NCBI GenBank assembly: GCA_051362555.1
Contig: CM120643.1
Coordinates: 4,340,001-4,404,000, forward strand
Source: Lingula anatina
Taxonomy: Eukaryota > Animalia > Brachiopoda
DNA length: 64,000 nt
Direction of reading: 5' to 3'
In this document: positions 13,101 to 23,543 of the stretch, one piece after another
Position numbering within the stretch: position 1 is the first letter of the stretch
How the letters are laid out: every line of letters begins with the position of its first letter
Made by a program: the position numbers and the translations under genes
Notes under the pieces: generated by a model
Databases searched by the model: none
What the model was told of the DNA's origin: nothing
The model's input: the letters and a program-made list of their open reading frames with translations, nothing else

Positions 13101-14264
13101 GTTATACAAACTTTCACAACTTTTGCCTCTAAAAAAACCTGTTCAGATTTATTTTTTCTACTTATGTAACTAGGCCTACCCTATGTTTCAACTATAGTAA
13201 TTCACAAAGATGGACTTCGAATTCCAAGATGATGTCTAATGAGAAAGAGCGCCATTACTAAAAACGCAGCACCCGAAAATAAACTGGCAAATCGTCAACT
13301 CTACGAAATGAACTAAAATCAAAATAAGTTCCAGCAAATGTTATGCTGACGTTATGCGAGAAAATCATCGTGGCGTTATAATTTAGCGCTGATTTACTCT
13401 ATCAAATTCTTCCTCTGCAATGTTGTCCCAATGAATAAAATTGAAGCTTACATACTTGTCTGTCATGTCTTGAAATTGAAATTTTAAAAGATTAAAATAG
13501 AAAGAAATTATAGGCATTTTTCATTGAAATTAGCGTTTTTACACACAAGCAACGTAATGGCGCGTGAAAAAACGACGTAAAATCTCTACTCAGTGTCGAC
13601 AGAATTTACGTGAAGTCAAATTTTGCTATTTTTGAACTACACAAACTGTCGGCGATTATCACATTAAGTATGTTTGCCAACTTGCACGAAATGTTGCACA
13701 TTTTCATTTATGTATTAGGGCCTATTTGTGCAATTATCCAGAATACATCAGAAAACATAAGAAATGCTAATGAATGGGATTTAGTGCTTTTGCAGAACTA
13801 TCCCCATAGGTAATGGGCTAAAAAAAGAGAGTTGTACAGATTGCAGTTTGAAGGACAGAATGATAATTTGCTTTTTAAATTAAGAAAAAATGAATTTCTT
13901 TTCGAAGTGAGATATTTGAGACTTCATAAAGAAATATCAACAATGTTTCAAAAATGTCCCAGTAACAAAGCTAGGCTAACGACGTGAGTGTCACCTCTAC
14001 CTGAGGTGTGCAATAAGCTGAATCCCCGATGAAAGCAACATAACGGAGACTGAAACGGAGCGCAAAAATTGACTTATTTAAATTATTGATTAAAACAGGC
14101 TGTTAGTATGACCAATCTGATGAACCTCTTGAAACATTGAATGACTTTCTTAATTGCAGATTTGATTTTCCTGTATCATTTTGTGTAGTTAAAGCATTCT
14201 ACTATAGCAAACTGCTAACAACACATTTCTAACCGAGGCGTTATTTTCCTAAGCATAAAAGTTA

Positions 14265-14266
<2 letters not shown>

Positions 14267-14304
<38 letters not shown>
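14267..14304. repeat. (GT)n microsatellite (paralog at ~62006-62039)
   Basis: Direct reading. Confidence 0.95.
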
Positions 14305-14307
<3 letters not shown>

Positions 14308-14955
14308 CGGGGTGGGGGACGTAGGTCTTGCGCGGGAATGTTCCTCTCTGGCAATTGTCCATGTTGACAGGTAGGCCTATGTAATGGTCAGGGAGAATAG
14401 AGGAAGTTGAGTTACAACAGTGATTATGCTACAGTATTTGACCTCAAACTTTCTCAACATGATTGTGACGTTGTCCATGAATTTCATCGTATTGTGCTAG
14501 TGAAGACAGTGATAAATGATAGAGGGCGCTGATATGATCATTTTTCTTATAATATCTTCGGAGTCTCATAATAATTTTTTTAAATACTCGGAACTTTTTG
14601 TACTGAATTCACTTATTTCAAAAGTGTCCATATGTCATTAATTTCATTTATATGAAAAAAGAGTTCCAAATAACAGTGGTAATCGTACTTGAGGCCCCTG
14701 CAGGCGATGTTTTTTTCTCTGGGAATTCACGTGGAGACGTTGTCCAGGATCGAGAAGCTATCTCTATCTAAGAAGCTAATTCCTTGTAAAATTTTACCTG
14801 TATATAATAACACGCTTTATATTAATGATCATGGACCTATTTGATCAATACTTTCATCAAGCTTTATTATTTTCTTATTATTTTCTTAAAAATTCCAGTC
14901 CTGGGGGAATTTGTCCAGTGCGGACGGCTCCTACAATTTCTTTGTAGAATAAAAG

Positions 14956-15230
14956 ATTGATAGATATCAATCAAAGCTGTCAAATTTGACAGTTTGAGTA
15001 AACATACGTCAATCACATCCATACCGCCAAAGAACTTTTATCTCCTGTGATTGATAGGTGTCAATCAAAGCTGTCAAATTTGACAGCTCGATTGACGATT
15101 AGTTAAACAAACGTCAATCACAATCATCCTGCAAAGGAGCTTTTACTTTCTGTGATTGAGAGGTGCCAATCAAAGCTATTAGAAGTGGATGGCTTGATTG
15201 GCAGTTATATAAACAAACGTCAATCATCAT
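14956..15230. repeat. ~95-105-bp tandem repeat with internal palindromes, about 3 copies
   Basis: GATTGATAGATATCAATC and CTGTCAAATTTGACAG palindromes in units at ~14956, 15049 and 15154. Paralog at ~62692-62970. Confidence 0.8.
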
Positions 15231-16245
15231 ACTGGTGATCAAGTACAGCTGTCGAACAATGAATACGCCGTATATCCCCGGGATTATTTAAATGAGTAAA
15301 TTAAAATTAGGCGTCATTAATGAGTAAATACAGTGTATAGGCATGTGCAAAAAACAGATATCTTTTACAGTTTAGGGTGCCCGTGTTTAAATTAAAAAGT
15401 CTCGGTCTTGCATTTCTATACAAGCAGGCATTTTTTTAGTCATGTTAAAAATAAGTCCAAGCTACGCTTGCGGTTGGAGATTGTCAGCAGGAGGACTGTT
15501 CAGTTTAGATGTTTAGAAGATTGAGAGCAAAGGAAAGAGTTTGAAATCCCCAAAAAATGCAAGTCTGCTCTGCGCCAGTATAGCTATGTAGTCTCACCTG
15601 TTTTGAGGGACACATTTTACTTTGTATTGTAGACTCCAAAGGCTATCCTTCAGTTACATGTACACAGCAACTCTATGGCATGGAGTGTGTTGACCCGGAT
15701 TGAAAGAAAAAGGGAATAGGGCACAGGATAATTACCCACAAAATAAACAAAATAAGAAATAAATACACGATAATAAATGAAGTTCGCAGTGAAATACATA
15801 TGTTAAATCCCAGGTCAAAATAGATAATAACTAGAAGTATTAAAAACTACTTTAAAGGTAATGTATTGGCCGTTTTAATACATACATTGATTTTCTGTGA
15901 CAAATAAACCCAGTGTAGTTTCGGTGTCTACTCTATACCCGCATATTAGTACAACACATAATCTACGTTCACATTTAAAAATGTCCTCATGTCTACCTTT
16001 TTTATCATCAGCCTGTGATGTAAACAACGAAATTTAGAGAAAGCAGATGCGTATATTATGAATATTTCCAGCGTTATGATTTCGGTTTAGAAATGTTTTG
16101 AAACTTATCGATCTTGCACGAAGACAGTCCAGTCTGGCCTGCAAAGTTTTCCAAAAAATAAATGTCATTTCCAGCCCACACGTACTCAAAACCAAAATTT
16201 ATTTATTTCTTTATGATAAGTACCGTAGGCTGAGAAAAATGTTTG

Positions 16246-16278
<33 letters not shown>

Positions 16279-19200
16279 GGGGGAGTATAGAGCTTACTCC
16301 CCTCACCCACCCCGCCCTTACATTTTCAGCCACGTCAGTTCTTAGCGGAGAAGAGGATGCTGGGCCCTGTTCATTTCTTTACGCCTTACATATTTATAAA
16401 CAAGTTCTTGATACATGGCATCGAGGACCGTGACCCCAGTCAGTCCTAGGCCAACTTCAAGTGAGTAAATTTCTCGTTGCCCCCCCCCCCCCCCCCACCC
16501 CCACCTCCCTTCTCCTTCTCAGCGATTCAGTGTTTGCACTGATGTCATATTTGCCTGCAGCTTGACAGACGAGACACTTACTTGACATGGAACACCCCCT
16601 GACGTATTTTACTGATAAGGTTGGACCTAGAGAAGTGGTCAGGAACCCATTACGGAGAATGACTTCTCACTGTCCTTGTTCATCCCCTAGCTTCAGGTTA
16701 AACATACCATATCTCATAACATTGGTTTATAGTCATGTTATTCAATTGATGTTTTCATTCTTGCAAAATCAGTTGTTTGTGTGGACAGAAATTTTGCTAT
16801 TTTACAGAAAGAGTTTATATTGTTATCATGGTGACGATGTGGTAAGTGTGCTTGTAAATGAAATTAGCTAGAGGATTACGTGGGCTTCATTGCGGCAGTT
16901 GCCCCTCTCCCAAAATATGGGCTTCATGAATATTTGAAGACAATGCAAAAAACGATGACTTAGACAAAGACGAATGACGGGGAAAAAACAATGAGCAGAA
17001 ATTTCAGTATCTTTAATTATTACTTTTAGTGTTGGTGTTTTATTGTAGAAAGTGCCCTCACCAATCTTTCATTGCTTTATTCGTTTTTTATCAACGCATT
17101 ATGATGGGCCCGGGAATGTTCAAGTTGGAGCACTGATACAAGATCTGTAAAAGAAAAAAAACTAAAGAAAATGGCATGAAGAAGGTCTAGAAAAAAAGGT
17201 GTCTGGCAACCCCAGCACACGCTTTACGTTTTTCTGTGGGAACAACTCAATATTTTTCACAAGGGCCAGGCTGTCATCCATCAAGAGAAGATCGGTGAGG
17301 ATGATACAGCACTATTGGACCTGTTCATCTGTTCAGTTTAACCCCTTGTCTGTTACGTAAAACGCTTTAGTTAAAGCTCAAGTTAGGATTTAATATCTTT
17401 ATCTACGTCAATATAACCGCTTTACGTCTTCTCCAGTATTGATTTTGTCAGCAATGGAATCCGGTAGAATAAAACCGAGACCTCAGTCTAATGTAAAAGT
17501 AATGATAAATAAAATTTTATTCTAGTAAATAATCTATTTTTGAGATAGTCTGATACATGCATCAATGTTTTATATTTACTTCGTCTCTGTGTAACAGCAG
17601 CAGAAGTCTTTAAAGAAGTCCTTAAAGCATTGTGTACCATTGACTGATTTGCAGCTACCTACAGGACAGTCTACTTGTTGTGTACCAGTAGTATTGCGGG
17701 GATTTTGTCATTAATGAGCAGATATAAAGTACAATGGTTGGACCAGCTCGAGATTAAATTCCTTATTATCTGTGTAAAAAGCAACACTGTTTTGTAATGT
17801 AAACGTATTCGCCGTAGCCCGTAGCCCGTAGCCACTTACGATGCAAAATAAAATTAAAAAAAAAAGCATGGAAAATCGTTTACGATTTCATCGCGCAGTA
17901 CGCTTTTCAAATGTAATCTAGGCATGAGAATTAAATTTATAATCTAATAACGGTAATAAAATGAAAATACACTTCTCCGGTGGATATGAGTTATCGCTTT
18001 TTTGGTGTTTTTGATATGATGATTCTGCTGCATCTAGAGTATTTCGATACAAAAAAAAAAAATGCCTTTAGTGTAGTATAGATATACCGCCTCGTATCAA
18101 ATCCTGTCGAAAGAAACAGCAAAAGTTTTGGAGTGATATATCAATCATATTTGTTTCTTTTGTATTAACTTATTTTTGCGTAGTATTCTACTAGTTTTTT
18201 TTTCGAAAATTCATAATTAAATCATGCTTATATTTTTACAGGGCTATCACAAAGTACACGTAGACAAAATTAAAGACATCAAGGGGTGTTTCGTCAGGTC
18301 TTACGTGTAGCCGAAATATCAAAAAGACCTTCTTCTTCCTCTACATGTAGATTACCTTATCTAGACAAGCACATATACACCTGTATTTAAATAAGTACAC
18401 ATATTCTTTACATCAGCGAGTTTCCTAGACATGAGAAATTTAAGTAATGGCAGCTGCACAGGTTTATTAAGTATATCTATGTATGGAATGTGTTGTTTGT
18501 TAGTTTAATCATAGACAACGTAACAACTTGACTTTGTTTAAAAAATTAAGTAGGTAAAAAATCCAAATGTTGTGAGAATAACGACTCAAGACTTTACTTG
18601 TTGCTTATATTAAACTTGAGCTTATTTACAACAAACAGGCCTATTTTCCGCACTTAAACAGTAAGAGAAGACAAAAAAAAAAAAAAAAAAACACAATTTG
18701 ACACAAGCCAAAAATTTAATTGTCTAATGTAAAATGTAATTTTGCCACAAGTCAAGGCGGTTTTAAGTTTGAGCGTAATTTACTTGTGTATCACGAATAT
18801 CATTAAAAAGCGCGTAATCGGATGGTTATCAATTTATACAAATGTAAGATGTCTTAAAATTTCCCCGTGAACCACCACGACGAGTGACCAAGAAGATTTT
18901 AAACTTTGAAATCTTTTTACATCTAAATATTTTGACTTTTATGCCTAGTTTTCGCTTTAAAAAAGAGAAAGAAAATATCCATGTAAAAGTCACCTTTGTC
19001 GAACCAGATAAATAGAAATGCAGTCAAAATTTTAATGGAAGCCTTAGACACGCATATTTTTACATCATAATCATCACCTAATATCTAAGGCGTGCGATTT
19101 TCACCCAAAAGCTGAGACGTATGCAGTTTACTATCTATTTTTCACTTGTGAAAAGATTGTGTTAGTGCAGAAAAAAATTCTTTCACACCAGATGACAACT

Positions 19201-20699
19201 GAAAACTTTAATAAGATTTTTTAAGCATCATTTATTATCATTAAGATCATCATCATTACAAATCTCTGATATGAACATTACTTCCGGCCAGTCTTATATT
19301 ACTTCAAGGAACCTAATTTGCATATAAGAGAAAAAATGATTTTTTTTCTGATTTTGGCTTGTTTCCAATTTTTTCATTACTTTCAAAAAGTAATGTCCCC
19401 TTAAGCTCACAAATCGGAACACTTTTGAGTCATATGCACTGATCGTAAATTGTGTAATTAGAAATAAATTTTTTTATATCACTGACGTGTATCACGTTTT
19501 CACTCCACAGCCATAAAACTCGTTGATTGCTGCATGGGTATAAAAGTAGGTCAATTGCCTGTATAAAATTGCCATACGATTATTGAATTTTTAGTATGGA
19601 CCGTTTTACGGGGGAGACAGAAGTGGAAAATGTATCAAGATGCCAGCAAAATATTTCGGTTGCATAGGGTTGGTGAAAGGCAGAGTATATTGAGAACTTT
19701 TAAAGAAAAGAGTTAAACTAGCCCACATCTCCAGCTTCAACACGTAGAACTTTATACATGCCACGGTCCCTCTCTATTTCATCTGACTCTCCCTAAAATT
19801 TTTCAGACCGCGTTAACTGTTCAGCTCCCGGGATGCGCGAAGCATCCAGCGTGGTGGCAGACGCTGAACTCTGCAGACGGCACATTGCATTCACACAAAT
19901 GGGGGTAAAGGTTTTCTGGGGAAATGCTGTATTTTATTACATCTGACGAATTACGTGATAGAGGGAGGAAAATTGACTTTTTTAAAATTTATATTGACTA
20001 AATGTAATACAAGACACTGATATTTCTTCTCAAAATTGACAGAATAAAGAAACGCAAAAGGATATAACCTATCTCCCCTTACATGGCATATCCTATCCGT
20101 GAACTTGATCTACGTTAGTTTTCACACTCCTACACACGCTGAGTTTGTATGGTATCAGTAGAAAGGGGGCGTATGGGGGGGGGAGAATTTTGATTTAAGT
20201 ATGGCGTTATGGTTTTACTCATGTTTTACTCATGTTATATTTTATACAATAGATCATTTTATTTTAAAAGGATAGACCTGATCTGAGAGCGTTGGTAACG
20301 TTTTTGGGACGAGAAAAGTAAAGAGATTTAGCTACTTCGAGCACATATTTCAAAGCGTACTGTGTGTAAAAGAGATAAAAATATCGTACCGCAGCAGGGT
20401 GTTTTAAAAGATTTTAAATCCTTTAATCATTTTGAAAAATGACAGAAAAGGAATTGTGTTAAAAAAGAAAGTTGCCGCTATTTACAGTACTTTTTATGAT
20501 AATAGGCCTACATTTAACATGGCTATAGCAATAGTACAACTAAGATAAGATAAAGTAAGTATTTATTAAGCCAATAAAAATATTTAGATATAAATATCGG
20601 CAATTGTTATCCTTTGAGAGATAAAACTAAGATAAAACACTGGACAATAAAAAACATTATGAACTAGGCCTAAAAGTGGAATTAAAGAGAGACAAAAAA

Positions 20700-21075
20700 C
20701 TACTTAAAACCATTTACTGCCCTTAAAAGTCAGAAGTCTGCTGGATAAAAAATTTGAAAAGAGAACTTTTTTGGTGGGTGGGATCCCCACAATTCGTTTT
20801 GTTGTTTTCTCCATTCTGTCTTTCAAGATATCATCCAGTTGGGAGAGATCTCTCTCAATTATTTTACCGGTGGCGCTAATAACGTTGGAGTGTTTTCCCC
20901 GTTCCTCCACTGTAGCCACCAGATGCAATAAAGGTTTTAAAAATACTCTCAATGTTACACGTATAAGAGTTAATTAAAACGGGCTCATTATCTGTAAAAG
21001 TTGCAAGTGATCTAGAAAGCCGCTTTTGCCTAAAGCAAGTTTACTTTTCAAGTGAATTCCTAGGAGTTTTAACTA
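20700..21075 (-). mobile_element. Decayed non-LTR retrotransposon 3' region (DUF1891-type C-terminus, Rex1/Babar/L2-like)
   Basis: Across frames: KLLGIHL ... VLINSYTCNIESIF ... VISATGKIIERDLSQLDDILKDRMEKTTKRIV. This resembles the post-RT FY..TIESIL / A.KIIG..L..L motif. Highly degenerate. Confidence 0.55.
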
Positions 21076-21617
21076 TAGGCCTATATCTATTGGATTTAAA
21101 CATGAAAATACTGGAATATAAAACCGAAAGTGTTGTCCGTAATTGAACCATATGGTAGGGTATATGTGTGCGAGCATGAGTGTTCATGAATGTATTTGAA
21201 TGAAGTTAAAAGTTTGTACCATGTATTGTTTATTTCTTTGGTTTAATAGAAAAAAACTGAAAAAAGAATCTGATAAAAAAATTAATTAAAAGAGTCCCAC
21301 TGGGTATTTTGTTACCAGTTAAAGCCACTTTTTATTTCCCTGAGATGTGTGAAATGTCCATATTATTTAGCATGATCCATGAAGCACCTCATTCCTGTGG
21401 CTCGTAAATGCGGCTTTTTGTTCTTTGCCCTTCGTGAAATAAAGTCTTGTAATTTTCAGGATTTTCAACTAGCATTGTTGGTGTGATATACATAAAGTTT
21501 TGTTTACTGTGATTTGTAAATTAATGATTTTATTTCCTGTGAACTGTGATCACCCCTCCCTAATGGTACCCTCAATTAAGAAAAGAAAGAAAAACAAAAC
21601 TCATTTGATTACAAAAA

Positions 21618-21934
21618 TTTAATATCTTATTGAAAAATTAAGAGAATGACATTTTGCAGGTTTTAACTGGCTTCTACAGAGGCAATGATAGTTCTGCATT
21701 GACGACCCTGAAAAATAAAAGTTGAAAATATTAAAATATTATTCAGTTAAAATGTGTATTCAGTTAAATATAGTGTAAATAGATGTTGACAGTAACTCTA
21801 CAACCACCAGCTCTTTGCTACTATCATATAATTACTGCTTTCATGTACTGTTTGACATAATTTTCCTCTAAAAAACTGAAAGCTTACTTAGTTATGATAC
21901 CATCAAAACAAAGAGACAAACAAAAAGAACTTCT
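21618..21934 (-). other. Probable 3' UTR or alternative terminal exons and ATTAAA polyA signal of the short-exon gene
   Basis: Exon 21934-21888 (TTTACAG...GTAAGC), acceptor TTATTTTTCAG before 21707, and ATTAAA on the minus strand at 21623-21618. Confidence 0.45.
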
Positions 21935-22020
21935 CTGTAAATGTATAATAAATCTATTCTTTTAAAAATACTGTTGACTTTTCTTCATTTCTTAATGTCT
22001 GAAGTGTTTAGAATTATTTA

Positions 22021-22023
<3 letters not shown>

Positions 22024-22058
<35 letters not shown>
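22024..22058. repeat. (AAT)n microsatellite
   Basis: Direct reading. Confidence 0.95.
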
Positions 22059-22059
<1 letters not shown>

Positions 22060-22062
22060 CAT

Positions 22063-23505
22063 TTATGTTCGTGCCCTCTGTCTGAAGCAAGACGTGAACA
22101 GATTCAATACCCTCCTCCACCTAGATGGGCCGCTATTCTTTGGAGCTAAAATGTATAATACAATATTACTTACTAAGAGGCAAAAGTATAAAATGTTCAA
22201 TAAGTCAGTGCAACATCATATTCATGTATGAAGCTTCAATGAAACACTTTTACCAGTATTTGGAATAAACAAAATTGCCAAGTATCATTTTAATCTGGCC
22301 AAAAGCACAAACTGTGTTGGCACAACATAAGGAGTGTGTGTGTGTGTGTGTGTGTGTGCGTGTGTACATGCACAATCACATTCCATCAGTGTAATAAATA
22401 TTGACCCTACTATTCTATTGACCCAACTGTCTTACCTCTCTCCTTCACGTCTGCTTTCACAGTTGTTGTGTCATTGATACTGACTGAAGAAAAACAGGAA
22501 AACAAATTAAACATTTCATACCTGTGCACAACAAGAATTCAATACATTATTTAACATAGTCGAAAACCCATTCAAAGATTTAGATCACTGAACAGTGAAT
22601 TTGAACTCAGTGTTTGTGCATGAGAGTCTCCCCCCTAAAGTCCATCTGTGTGTGTTTACATTTTTAAGTGTATTAAATGAATTCCCATTAAATTGTCCTA
22701 AACTTATTGTCTTACCTTTTTCTTTGATGCCCTCAGCATCTGACACACTCTTTGTGTCTTTGATATTGGCTAAAGAAAAAATGATATCAAATAAAAACTT
22801 AACATTCCATATCTGTGCATGTTCAGATAGGATTCAGTATTACAATTTATGGAAGACACATTCAAATATTTAAATGACTTAAAAATAAATCATCTTCTTA
22901 AGTATGCTAAAGACTTTGCTTGAGCAGCATGCTTGTGGTATGTATGTGCGTGTATGTGTGTTTGTTAGTGTATGTGTGTGTGTGCATGCATGTTTCATAA
23001 GTATATTAAAAGTCATAACTATTTTACTGAGATTCCTGTCTTACCTATCTGCTCAATACTTAGGGTCTTTACAAGTGTTACTTTGTTCTTGTCTTTCAGT
23101 TTGGTATCAAGTGAAAGGACAGAATTGAATTTTCAAACAACACTATGGGTGTATTCCCAGAGATTTAGATCAATCCAGGGATTAAAATTTAGATCAACCT
23201 AACTCCCTGGGGGTTCATGATAAATTGCAGTCAGACGAGCGTGCACCAAAGTTAATTAACCCCTTACAGCTTTTAGTAGGCGGGGCAGTCAGACGCTTAA
23301 GCCGGCCAAGCTGACAGTAATCTAGTGAGACTCCCCACAGGGATAGATCAATCTAAAAATCTATGGAAATGGGGTGTATGTGTTCAATCTTTACACAGCA
23401 AAAGCATTAATTTTTCAGAAGATAAAGTATCTCCTTAAGTCTGTCAAAGGCCAGACTTTGCTTGTGCAACATGCATGCAAGTACAGTACCTTTTGGTGTG
23501 TGTGA

Positions 23506-23543
<38 letters not shown>

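Larger units (their letters stand above)
2510..16173 (+). repeat. Segmental duplication, copy 1
   Basis: Collinear with ~48793-64000 (2541~48823, 3164~51557, 9516~57259, 12374~60064, 15330~63078). Paired ORF translations 8964/56710, 9516/57259 and 12183/59873 are nearly the same. Confidence 0.97.

Noticed and set aside
14110-14150. CTGATGA...GAAAC hammerhead-like core
   Set aside because: No stem II or properly placed cleavage triplet, and not conserved in copy 2.
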